Positions 26,979-35,712 of a stretch of 64,000 bases of DNA are shown here, piece after piece. The DNA lies in assembly GCA_963844865.1 (NCBI GenBank), contig CAWJPY010000001.1, positions 81,415 to 145,414 of the forward strand, given 5' to 3'. The stretch comes from an uncultured Holophagae bacterium (GTDB lineage Bacteria; Acidobacteriota; Thermoanaerobaculia; Thermoanaerobaculales; Sulfomarinibacteraceae). Position 1 is the stretch's first letter. Every line of letters begins with the position of its first letter. A model generated the notes under the pieces. It did no database searches. It was given only the letters and a program-made list of their open reading frames with translations, and was not told the origin of the DNA. The position numbers and the translations under genes are program-made.

Positions 26979-27656
26979 ATGGTCACGCTCACCATCAACG
27001 GCCTCGAGGTGTCCGTCGAGCGGGGCTCGACGATCCTGGAGGCGGCGCAGTTCCTCGGCTTCCCGATCCCGACCCTGTGCCACATGGAGGGCCTGTCGCC
27101 CTACGGCGCCTGCCGCCTGTGCGTGGTCGAGGTCGGCAACGGCTCCCGTACCCAGCTCGTCACGTCCTGCACCCACCCGGTGGTCGAGGGCATCACGGTC
27201 CGCACCGCCTCGGAGCGCGTGGTGCGGGCGCGGCGGATGATCGTCGAGCTGCTGCTGGCGTCGTGCCCGCAGTCGAAGACGATCCAGGACCTGGCGTCGG
27301 CGCTCGACGTCCGCCAGCAGCGCTTCCGGCAGGAGCACGAGGACTGCATCCTGTGCGGCCGCTGCGTCCGCATGTGCGCCGAACAAATGGCCGGCTCGGC
27401 GATCGGCTTCCGCGGCCGCGGACCGACCCGCAGCATCGGCACACCGTTCGACGCCGCCTCCGAGAAGTGCCGGCTCTGCGGCGGCTGCATGTACGTCTGT
27501 CCCGCGTGCGAGCTGCGCTGCACCTACACCGAGCCGGAGAAGGCCATCTGCGGCGGCTGCGCCAACCTGGCGCCGCCGTGCGTGGACAAGCCCCGGTTCG
27601 ACGACATGATGTGCTTCCTGGACCCGTGCGTGGCCTGCGAGATCAAACCCGACTGA
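26979..27656 (+). CDS. NuoG/HydA N-terminal-like [2Fe-2S]/[4Fe-4S] ferredoxin subunit (no catalytic domain)
   Basis: TINGLEVSVERGSTILEAA...PTLCH...GACRLCVVEV (plant-type 2Fe-2S as in NuoG), followed by CILCGRCVRMC and CRLCGGCMYVCP cluster motifs. Confidence 0.82.
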   Translation: MVTLTINGLEVSVERGSTILEAAQFLGFPIPTLCHMEGLSPYGACRLCVVEVGNGSRTQLVTSCTHPVVEGITVRTASERVVRARRMIVELLLASCPQSKTIQDLASALDVRQQRFRQEHEDCILCGRCVRMCAEQMAGSAIGFRGRGPTRSIGTPFDAASEKCRLCGGCMYVCPACELRCTYTEPEKAICGGCANLAPPCVDKPRFDDMMCFLDPCVACEIKPD

Positions 27657-27676
27657 GTGCGGGGGGAGGAGAGAAG

Positions 27677-29266
27677 ATGTCTCTGTCGAGAATCAACGCG
27701 ACGGCGGCGACGCTGACCAAGAATCGGACCGAGGGCTCGGTGGTCCCCACCTCCGGGATGTGCGTCACCTGCGTCGACGGCTGCATCGGCATGTGCGAGA
27801 TCGGCAAGTCCGCCTACCGCGGCCACGAGGTGATCTACCCGCAGCCGTTCGGCGTCATCACCACCGCCGGCGAGAAGCTCTACCCCGTGGACTACTCGCA
27901 CTTCAACATCATGGGCACGGCGGTCGGCGCCCACGGCATCGAGGCCGACAGCGACCGGGCGGTGTTCCCGGCGGTGGACCTGGAGGTGCGCTTCGGCCAC
28001 GACGACGGTCTCAAGTTCCGGCGGCCGTGGATCATCCCCGGCATCGGCTCCACCGACGTGGCGCGCAACAACTGGGAGGGCATCGCCATCGGCTCGGCGC
28101 TCGCCGGGACCGGGCTGACCATCGGCGAGAACGTGGTCGGCATGGACATGGAGGCGGTCATCAAGGACGGTCGCGTCACCGACACCTCAGACCTCAAGCG
28201 CCGCGTCAAGCTCTACAAGGACCACCAGATCGACGGCTACGGCGCGATCATCGTCCAGGCCAACGTGGAGGACACGCGGCTGGGCACGCAGGAGTACGCG
28301 ATCCAGGAGCTCGGTGTGGAGTGCGTCGAGCTCAAGTGGGGTCAGGGCGCCAAGAACATCGGCGGCGAGGTCAAGATCAAGGACCTCGCCAAGGCCCAGG
28401 AGCTGTACCGCCGCGGGTACATCGTGCTGCCGGACCCGACCGACGAGCGCGTCGTCCAGGCCTTCCACCGCGGGACGTTCCGCGAGTTCGAGCGCCACTC
28501 ACGGGTCGGCATGGTCGAGGAGGAGGCGTTCGCCCAGAGGGTCGAGGAGCTGCGCTCAGCCGGCGCCCGCTACGTCTTCCTGAAGACCGGGGCCTACCGT
28601 CCGGCGGACCTGGCGCGGGCGGTGGCCTGGTCGTCGAAGTACGGGATCGACCTGCTGACCGTGGACGGAGCGGGAGGTGGAACGGGCATGAGCCCGTGGC
28701 ACATGATGAACGAGTGGGGGGTCCCGCCGGTGGAGCTCCACTCCCTGCTCTACCAGTACGCCGACCGGCTCTTCAGCGAGGGCCGCCCGCTGCCCGCGAT
28801 CGCGCTGGCCGGCGGCTTCGTCTTCGAGGACCAGATCTTCAAGGGGCTCGCCCTCGGTGCGCCGTACGTCAAGCTCGTGGGCATGGCGCGGGCGCCCATC
28901 GCGGCCGCCATGGTCGGCAAGACCATCGGCCGCACCATCGACGAGGGCCAGATCCCGGTCTACGTGGAGCGCTTCGGCCGCAGCCGCGACGAGATCTTCG
29001 TCACCGCCGCCGAGCTCCGCGTCCTGGTCGGCGACGAGGCGTTCGAGAAGCTCCCGACCGGCGCCATCGGGCTCTACACCTACTTCGAGCGGCTCGCCCA
29101 GGGGCTGCGGCAGCTCATGTGCGGGGCACGCAAGTTCACGCTCGAGCACATGTCGCGGGACGATCTCGCGTGCCTGACCCGCGAGGCCGCCGACATCAGC
29201 GGCATCCGCTACCTGCTGGACGTGGACCGCGAGGAGGTGGACACGATTCTCGACGGCCGCCACTGA
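27677..29266 (+). CDS. glutamate-synthase-related FMN-binding (GltS FMN domain) protein with an N-terminal Cys cluster
   Basis: LKWGQGAKNIGGEVK, TVDGAGGGTGMSP and LAGGFVFEDQIFKGLALGAPYVKLVGMAR match the GltB FMN/TIM-barrel domain. The N-terminus has CVTCVDGCIGMC. No amidotransferase or GXGXG domains are present. ATG 27677 follows GGAGGAGAG. Confidence 0.82.
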   Translation: MSLSRINATAATLTKNRTEGSVVPTSGMCVTCVDGCIGMCEIGKSAYRGHEVIYPQPFGVITTAGEKLYPVDYSHFNIMGTAVGAHGIEADSDRAVFPAVDLEVRFGHDDGLKFRRPWIIPGIGSTDVARNNWEGIAIGSALAGTGLTIGENVVGMDMEAVIKDGRVTDTSDLKRRVKLYKDHQIDGYGAIIVQANVEDTRLGTQEYAIQELGVECVELKWGQGAKNIGGEVKIKDLAKAQELYRRGYIVLPDPTDERVVQAFHRGTFREFERHSRVGMVEEEAFAQRVEELRSAGARYVFLKTGAYRPADLARAVAWSSKYGIDLLTVDGAGGGTGMSPWHMMNEWGVPPVELHSLLYQYADRLFSEGRPLPAIALAGGFVFEDQIFKGLALGAPYVKLVGMARAPIAAAMVGKTIGRTIDEGQIPVYVERFGRSRDEIFVTAAELRVLVGDEAFEKLPTGAIGLYTYFERLAQGLRQLMCGARKFTLEHMSRDDLACLTREAADISGIRYLLDVDREEVDTILDGRH

Positions 29267-29283
29267 GCGGCGGAGGAGGCACC

Positions 29284-29616
29284 ATGAAGCTCGCGATGCC
29301 GGTTGCCAAGGGTCGCCTGGCGTCGTCCCTCGAGGTCGCCGAGTCCTTCGACATCGTCGAGGTGGACCTCGTGGCGCGAAGCGCGTCGAACGCCTGGCGC
29401 TCGGACCCGGCGCACCGCAGCGGCGCGGAGCTCGCCGAGTGGCTCCTCGGCGAGGGCGTCGACCTCGTGATCGCCGGGAACATCGGGTCGTGGGAGCGCG
29501 GCTGGCTCGAGGGACGCGGGCTGCGAGTCCTCGCCGGGGTGCCCCGGGAAGCGCCTCGCGAGCTCGTCAGGGCGTACCTCGAGGACGAGCTCGAGCAGGC
29601 GACGACCACAGCCTAG
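29284..29616 (+). CDS. NifX/NifB-C-terminal/NafY-like (dinitrogenase FeMo-cofactor-binding fold) small protein
   Basis: MKLAMPVAKGRLAS...FDIVEV...LVIAGNIGSWERGWLEGRGLRVL matches the pattern of this family. GGAGGAGG RBS is present. It is the last gene of the operon. Confidence 0.6.
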   Translation: MKLAMPVAKGRLASSLEVAESFDIVEVDLVARSASNAWRSDPAHRSGAELAEWLLGEGVDLVIAGNIGSWERGWLEGRGLRVLAGVPREAPRELVRAYLEDELEQATTTA

Positions 29617-29875
29617 CCCGGACCGAGAGCCGTTCCTCGAGTCCGGAGGTGTGATTCGAGGTCCATCCGAGACGCCATGGGACGGGGCCTCGCCGGCGGC
29701 CGCCCCTCGTCGGCGGCGTTCGGCTGCAGCGATCAAACCCCGGAGATGGGCGGCGGTCGTCGACGGCGTGCTACGCTCGCGCAATGCCAGAGGGTACCTC
29801 TGGCCGACCTGCCTGGTCCCGACAACGTCCTCCCTGCGCGGAACGGCGTCGGGGTCGGGAATTGGAGACTCGCCC

Positions 29876-32800
29876 ATGCGCAACCACCCGCTTCGCCATG
29901 CCCTCCTTCTGCTCGCCCTCTCACTGCTCGTCGGCGGCCCACTCACCGCAGGCGAGAAGCGCGAGCCCGTGGGGCCCTCCGCAAACCTCACCTACCGGCT
30001 GATCGGGCCCGCGGCGGGCGGCCGCGTATCCCGGGTCGCCGGGGTGCCCGGCGACGGGCGCACGTTCTGGGTCGCGTCCGCAGCGGGCGGCGTGTGGAGG
30101 TCGAGCGACGATGGCCACCAGTGGGATCCGGTGTTCGACGGGCAGCCGGTGTCGTCCATCGGCTCCGTCGCTGTCGCCCCGTCCGATCCCAACGTCGTCT
30201 GGGTGGGCTCCGGCGAGGCCAACATCCGCGGCAACGTAGGAGAGGGCGACGGGATCTACCGTTCCACCGATGGCGGCGAGACGTGGTCGCACTCATGGAC
30301 CGCGGAGGGGCAGATCGGGACCATCGCCGTGCACCCGCGCGACGCGGACGTCGCATTCGCCGCCGTCCTGGGCAGCCCGTTCGGCCCTCAGACCCGAGCG
30401 CGGGGTGTACCGGACGACCGACGGCGGGGCGACCTGGCAGCGGGTGCTGTTCGTCGATCGCGACACCGGCGCCTCGGACGTCTGCTTCGACCCCTCGAAC
30501 CCGCACATCCTGTTCGCCGGGACGTGGCAGGCGCGGCGCACGCCCTGGAGCTTCACCAGCGGCGGTCCGGGCAGCGGCTTGTACGTGTCCCGCGACGGCG
30601 GCGGCACCTGGAAGCGCCTGCAGGGGGATGCGGCTGCCGGAGGGGATCTGGGGCAAGGTCGGGGTGCGGGTGGCGCCGACCGACGGCCGGCGCGTGTACG
30701 CGCTCATCGAGGCCGACAAGGGCGGGCTCTTCCGCTCCGACGACGGCGGCAGCACCTGGGCGCTGGTCAACCCGTCGCGCGGCCTGCGCCAGCGCGCCTG
30801 GTACTACACCACGCCTGACCGTCGAACCCCGCAACCCGGACGTCGTCTGGTTCCCCGAGGTCGACCTGCTCAAGACCATCGACGGCGGCGACACCATGCG
30901 CTCCGTGAAGGGCGGCGGATGGGACTACCACGACCTGTGGATCGACCCCTCGGAACCGACACGGATCATCGTCGGCAGCGACGCCGGCGTGTCCCTGACC
31001 TCCGACGGCGGTGAGACCTGGCGTGCGACCGGCGCTGCCCATCTCGCAGCTCTACCACGTGGCCGCGGACACACGGGTGCCCTACCGGGTCCTGGGCAGT
31101 CTCCAGGACCTGGGCACCGCGTCCGGCCCCAGCCTGGCCCTCGACGCGGAGAAGCATCCTGCTCTCGGACTGGCACGCCGTTGGCGGCGGCGAGGCCGGG
31201 TGGGTCGTGCCCGATCCCGAGGACCCGGACGTCGTGTACGCCGGCGAGTACCTGGGGCTCATCTCCCGCTACGACGCGGCGCACCCGCCGCCGCGCAGCG
31301 TGGGCATCTACCCGGACGACGGGGATGGTCACGGCGCCGGAGACCTGCGGTACCGCTTCCAGTGGACGGCGCCCATCGTCGTCTCGCCCCACGACCCGGA
31401 GGTCGTCTACCACGCCGCCAACGTGCTCTTCCGCACCCGCGACGGCGGCCAGACCTGGCAGGCGATCAGCCCGGACCTGACCCGCAACGACCCGGTCAAG
31501 CAGCGCTGGTCCGGGGGCCCCATCACCGGCGACAACACGGGCGTGGAGTTCTACGACACCATCTTCGCGGTCGCCGAGTCCCCGGTGCAGGCGGGGGTGA
31601 TCTGGGCCGGAAGCGACGACGGCCTCGTCCACGTCACCCGGGACGACGGCGCCAGCTGGACCGACGTCACCGCCGCCCGGCCTGCCCGGAGTGGGGCACC
31701 GTGGCCTGCATCGAGCCGTCGCCCTTCGAACGCCGGCACGGCGTACGTGGTGGTCGACGCCCATCGCCTGGACGACGAGACGCCCTATCTGTGGAAGACC
31801 ACCGACTACGGCGCGAGCTGGGAGCGTCTGGGCGACAAGCTGGATCGCGAGGTCTACCTGCATGTCGTGCGCGAGGACGCGAGCTCCCCGGCCTGCTCTA
31901 CCTGGGCACCGAGCGGGGCGTGATGGTCTCCCACGATGGGGGCGAGAGCTGGCAGTCGCTGCAGCTCAACATGCCCACCGTGGCCATCGCCGATCTGGTC
32001 GTCGCCGGCGACGACCTGGTGGTGGGCACCATCGGCCGGTCGGCGTGGATCCTCGACGACCTGACGCCGGTCAGGGAGCTCTCGGAGTCGATGCGGAGCG
32101 AGCCGGTGCACCTCTTCCCGGTGCGGCCGGCGATCCGCTGGCACCGCGCCTCGGCGTACGACGGGCGCCTGGGCTCGCGGGACGGGGCCGGGGACAATCC
32201 GCCCACCGGCGCGACCTTCACATACTGGCTGGCCGCCAAGCCCGCGCAACCGATCACGGCGGAGGTCCTGGACGGCGACGGCACCGTGATCCGCACGCTT
32301 CGCAGCGAGCTGGAACCGCCCTACACCACACCCGACCACCCGGACTGGGACCCGGAGGAGGAGCGCGAGCCGGAGCTCGAGACCAAGGCGGGCCTGAACC
32401 GCGCGACGTGGGACCTCGCGTATGAGAAGTCGCGCTGGGTCGCCGGTGCGCGCAACGAGACAGGCGGCGCCGTGCCGGGTCCCGTCGCGCTGCCGGGCGA
32501 GTACACGCTGCGCCTCAACGTCGCCGGCGAGGCGTACACCCAGCCACTGCGGATCGAACCGGATCCGGAGTCCACGGCGTCGCGCACCGACCTGGAGGCG
32601 CAGCTCGCGTTCGGGCTCGAGCTGCGGGACCGGATGTCCGAGATCACCGACCTGGTGATGCGGATCCGCGACGTCCGAGACCAGCTCGCCGGGTACGAGG
32701 GGCGGCTGGCGGGACGCCCGGACGCCGGCGACCTCGCCGCGCAGGCGAAGCGCATCTCGGCGGGGCTGACCGAGGTCGAGGGCGCGCTCATCGCGCGGCG

Positions 32801-33077
32801 TGCGGAGGTGGACTACGACATCCTGGCCGGCCGCGACGGCGGAACCAAGCTCGCCTCGCGGCTGGGCTGGTTGGCCGCCGGCTCCCTCGACCACGAGGGC
32901 CCGCCGACCCAGGGCATGCGCGAGGTGGCCTTCGATATCGCCCGCGGGGTCGCGGAGCAGAAGAAGGCGCTGGAGCGCTGGATCGGGCAGGACCTGGCCG
33001 CCTTCAACGCCGCGGCGGCCCGGCTCGGGCTGCCGCACGTCGTCTCCGATGCCACAAGCGAGGCTCAGTCGAAGTAG
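29876..33077 (+). pseudogene. BNR/sortilin (VPS10)-like repeat glycosidase-like exported protein, disrupted by about 8 frameshifts
   Basis: Signal peptide MRNHPLRHALLLLALSLLVGG, then repeated S.DGG.TW motifs. The conserved sequence continues across all three forward frames, with switches near 30385, 30625, 30815, 31025, 31140, 31680, 31730 and 31885. The last 1.2 kb is a single frame. Confidence 0.8.
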
Positions 33078-33370
33078 TCGACCTTGCAGCCGCAGCCGTC
33101 CCACATCCGCTCGTAGATCTCCAGGCGGCTGTCCAGGAGGTGGTTCGCCTGCTCCCTGGTCGACGTCCGACGCACCAGGATCTTTCCGTCCGGCGTCTCC
33201 TCTTGGACGACGGTCATTCCCCGCACGTCCAGGATGCGGATCATGCCGGCCACCAGGGTGTCGTCCTCGCGGATGGCCACGGCTGCGGCGAGCAGGGCAT
33301 CCAGGGTCTCGCGGTCGATGACGGTGTAGGCCTCACGGCCCAGGTCGCCGATCAGCGTGTCCAGATCCAC
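33065..33370 (-). CDS. small protein of unknown function, paralog 1 (C-terminal YERMWDGCGCKVDYF motif)
   Basis: About 50% identical to the 39326-39676 product over ~95 aa. GTG 33370 after GGAGGA aligns with the paralog's Met. The upstream part of ORF 33065-33595 is Arg-rich and not coding-like. Confidence 0.6.
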   Translation of the reverse strand: MDLDTLIGDLGREAYTVIDRETLDALLAAAVAIREDDTLVAGMIRILDVRGMTVVQEETPDGKILVRRTSTREQANHLLDSRLEIYERMWDGCGCKVDYFD

Positions 33371-33679
33371 GGGTCCTCCATTCCCGGCGAACGCGTTCAC
33401 ACGCCGTCGCCCTCTCAACACGACTTCGAGGTGCCGGCATTTCGGTGAGCCGCATCCCTGGCGCACCACAGCCACGTGACAACGCGAGGTCCGGTCGCGC
33501 CTGGCGGTGATGCTCGTGCAGGTCGGTGGGCCCGTCTCCTCCCCGCGGATCGACGATCCAGCCCCCCCACCCCCGAGCCCTCGCGACGACTCCACCTGTG
33601 TGGTTGACGCCGAGCCGCGGGAAATGGCGTGTCGAGGCGGGCCGTCCGTGGATTTCCGAGAGTCGCCACCCCATCGCCC

Positions 33680-33708
33680 TTGCCATTTTTGAACATATGA
33701 TCTAAATT
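33680..33708 (+). promoter_or_regulatory. putative sigma-70 promoter giving a near-leaderless DUF134 transcript
   Basis: TTGCCA, a 17-nt spacer, TAAATT. The -10 element ends 8 nt before ATG 33717, and there is no SD sequence before that ATG. Confidence 0.4.
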
Positions 33709-33716
33709 ACTCCTCG

Positions 33717-34103
33717 ATGGGCAGACCCGAGAAGCTCAGGACTGTGGGTTGCCGCGCCGGGGTGCGCGGTTTCAAACCCGTGGGACGGCCGGTGGTGGAG
33801 CTCGAGGTGGAGGTGCTGCGCCTCGACGAGCTCGAGGCGCTGCGCCTGGCGGACCTGGAAGGTCTTTACCAGGAGGCTGCCGCGGAGAGGATGGGGGTCT
33901 CCCGTCCCACCTTCGCCCGCATCCTCCAGCGGGCCAGGGCGACCGTCGCCAGGGCCCTGCTGGAGGAGCGGTTCCTGGCCGTGGGCGAGGGCCCAGTGGT
34001 CCGCTCACCGGACGGGACGCTGCCCTGCCCGATCCACGGTGGACGCCGGCGGCGCGGCCGCGGCTGCCGCTGCCGGCGCGGTCAGGGCCGGACCGAGACC
34101 TGA
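33717..34103 (+). CDS. DUF134 (UPF0251) putative DNA-binding protein with a Cys/Arg-rich tail
   Basis: MGRPEKLRTVGC...FKPVGRP N-terminus and the sigma-70 region-4-like HTH (EAAERMGVSRPTFARILQRAR). The tail is CPIHGGRRRRGRGCRCRRG. Confidence 0.75.
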   Translation: MGRPEKLRTVGCRAGVRGFKPVGRPVVELEVEVLRLDELEALRLADLEGLYQEAAAERMGVSRPTFARILQRARATVARALLEERFLAVGEGPVVRSPDGTLPCPIHGGRRRRGRGCRCRRGQGRTET

Positions 34104-34138
34104 GGACGTCGACGACGGGACAGAGAGGAGAACAGGGA

Positions 34139-34546
34139 ATGATGACGATCGCGGTTCCGATGATCGGTGAGAGGTTCAGCGAGCACTTCGGGGGCGCCCA
34201 GTCGTTCGCGCTGTATGACGTGGACGAGGAAGGACGGACGTTCGACGGACGGCGAGTCCTGGCCACGCCTGCCCATGAACGGGGGGTCTTCCCCGCTTGG
34301 CTGCGGGAGATCGGCGCCACGGTGGTGCTGGCCAGCGGCATGGGACCGCGGGCCAGCGGCATGCTCGCCCAGTACGGCATCGAGGTCGTGCTCGGGGTAC
34401 AGGGAGACGACCCCGATCAGGTCGTACGCGACTTCCTGGCCGGGACCCTGCAGGCAACCGGCGAGCCCTGCCACGACCAGAGCTTCCACGACTGCTCGCA
34501 CCACGAACGACGTGGCGGCGGCGGGTGCGGCGGTCACCACAACTGA
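34139..34546 (+). CDS. NifX/NafY-like cofactor-binding-fold protein with a Cys/His-rich tail
   Basis: IAVPM...SEHFGGAQSFALYDV...VLASGMGPRASGMLAQYGIEVV. The tail is CHDQSFHDCSHHERRGGGGCGGHH. Confidence 0.7.
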   Translation: MMTIAVPMIGERFSEHFGGAQSFALYDVDEEGRTFDGRRVLATPAHERGVFPAWLREIGATVVLASGMGPRASGMLAQYGIEVVLGVQGDDPDQVVRDFLAGTLQATGEPCHDQSFHDCSHHERRGGGGCGGHHN

Positions 34547-34556
34547 GGAGGATTGG

Positions 34557-34955
34557 ATGGCACAGGACAGAAGCAGTGCCCAGAGCACGGGAATCAGGGG
34601 CCGCACCCCCGGCGGGCGTGGCAGTGGGGGCGGACGAGGCATGGGAGGAGGTGGACGAGGCATGGGAGGAGGTGGACGAGGCATGGGAGGAGGTGGGGGA
34701 AGAGGAGCCGGCGGAGGCGGAGGAATGGGTGGTGGCGGCGGCAGGGGAATGGGCCCGGGCGGGGGCGGCATGGGCGGGGGCGGCTTCTGCGTCTGCGCCA
34801 AGTGCGGCCAGCGATTCCCTCATCGCCCAGGTGTGCCGTGTCTGGAGGAGCGCTGCCCCGATTGCGGCGTCGCACTGGTGCGGGAGGGCTCGGCACATCA
34901 CCGCGAGATCGAGGCGCGCCGGAGCCGCAGAGGTGGTGACAACGACGCGGGCTGA
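34557..34955 (+). CDS. Gly/Arg-rich low-complexity protein with a C-terminal zinc-ribbon-like Cys motif
   Basis: About 70 aa of GGRGMGGG-type repeats, then FCVCAKCGQRFPHRPGVPCLEERCPDCG. GGAGGA lies before ATG 34557. Confidence 0.6.
   Translation: MAQDRSSAQSTGIRGRTPGGRGSGGGRGMGGGGRGMGGGGRGMGGGGGRGAGGGGGMGGGGGRGMGPGGGGMGGGGFCVCAKCGQRFPHRPGVPCLEERCPDCGVALVREGSAHHREIEARRSRRGGDNDAG
34632..34694 (+). repeat. perfect in-frame 21-bp tandem repeat x3
   Basis: GGACGAGGCATGGGAGGAGGT occurs three times, encoding GRGMGGG x3. Confidence 0.9.
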
Positions 34956-34996
34956 TGCCTGACTCAGGGCGAGACAGCCCGGAGAGGAGCACGGAG

Positions 34997-35299
34997 ATGC
35001 CGTTTGGAGATGGAACTGGACCGTTGGGAGCGGGCCCCGGAACGGGATGGGGTGCAGGCTGGTGTCGCGGCCCTCGGGGTGGCCGTGGCGGCCACGGCTG
35101 GCGGAACGTCTACCACGCCACCGGCATGCCCGGGTGGATGCGCGGCGGCTGGTCGGGGGCGAGGGGAGCCTATCCCACGGCGCCCCACGGCGGCGAGCGC
35201 GACCTGCTCGAGCGCCAGGTCGAGGCCGTGGAGGCGGAGCTGCGATGGATGAGGCAGCGGCTCGAGGAACTCGGCCACGAGGACGGAAAGTCGCAGTAG
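34997..35299 (+). CDS. DUF5320-like protein (Gly-rich N-terminus plus coiled coil)
   Basis: MPFGDGTGPLGAGPGTGWGAGWC... start and the C-terminal heptad-like LLERQVEAVEAELRWMRQRLEEL. Confidence 0.6.
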   Translation: MPFGDGTGPLGAGPGTGWGAGWCRGPRGGRGGHGWRNVYHATGMPGWMRGGWSGARGAYPTAPHGGERDLLERQVEAVEAELRWMRQRLEELGHEDGKSQ

Positions 35300-35349
35300 C
35301 CGCAAGACGACAGACGCGCCCGCGGCGGGCACAGGACAAGGAGAGGCAC

Positions 35350-35712
35350 ATGAAGGTCGTAGTTACCTCGAGTGGGAAGAGTCTGGATGCAGCGGTGGAC
35401 CCACGCTTCGGGCGGGCGCCGCAGTTCATATGCGTCGACACGGCAACCGGCGAGACCACGGTGGTCGACAACACGGCCGGTGTGAGCGCGGCCCAGGGCG
35501 CCGGCGTGCAGGCCGCCGAGACGGTGGCACGGCTCGGCGCCGACTGCCTTCTCACCGGGCACTGCGGACCGAAGGCGTTCCGAGCTCTGGAGGCCGCCAA
35601 CATCCCCGTGTACGTGGGCGCGTCCGGAACCGTCGCCGACGCACTTCAGCAGCTCGAGAAGGGCCGGCTCGAGCGTGCCACAAAGCCGGACGTGGGGGGT
35701 CACTGGGCGTGA
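35350..35712 (+). CDS. NifX/NafY-like cofactor-binding-fold protein
   Basis: MKVVVTSSGKSLDAAVDPRFGRAPQFICVD...LTGHCGPKAFRALEAANIPVY is the canonical pattern of this family. Confidence 0.75.
   Translation: MKVVVTSSGKSLDAAVDPRFGRAPQFICVDTATGETTVVDNTAGVSAAQGAGVQAAETVARLGADCLLTGHCGPKAFRALEAANIPVYVGASGTVADALQQLEKGRLERATKPDVGGHWA

Noticed and set aside
33371-33595. The N-terminal 75 codons of ORF 33065-33595, and analogous upstream extensions of other ORF-track entries (1667-1714, 41152-41466, 46530-46775, 48838-48963, 49659-50348, 58305-58622).
   Set aside because: The extensions lack codon bias and homology-like sequence. Internal start codons preceded by Shine-Dalgarno motifs, or ATGA overlaps with the upstream gene, give products whose N-termini match the expected family or paralog.
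34557-34800. Possibility that the GGACGAGGCATGGGAGGAGGT repeats represent a CRISPR-like or other non-coding repeat array.
   Set aside because: The units are directly tandem with no spacers, are only 21 bp long, are in frame and sit inside a codon-biased ORF that has an RBS and a downstream Cys motif. This is a coding low-complexity repeat.
29284-35712. Interpreting the NifX-like genes as evidence of a nitrogen-fixation (nif) locus.
   Set aside because: No nifH, nifDK, nifEN, nifB radical-SAM domain or nifV/S/U genes are present in the window. The NifX fold alone is widespread in non-diazotrophic anaerobes.
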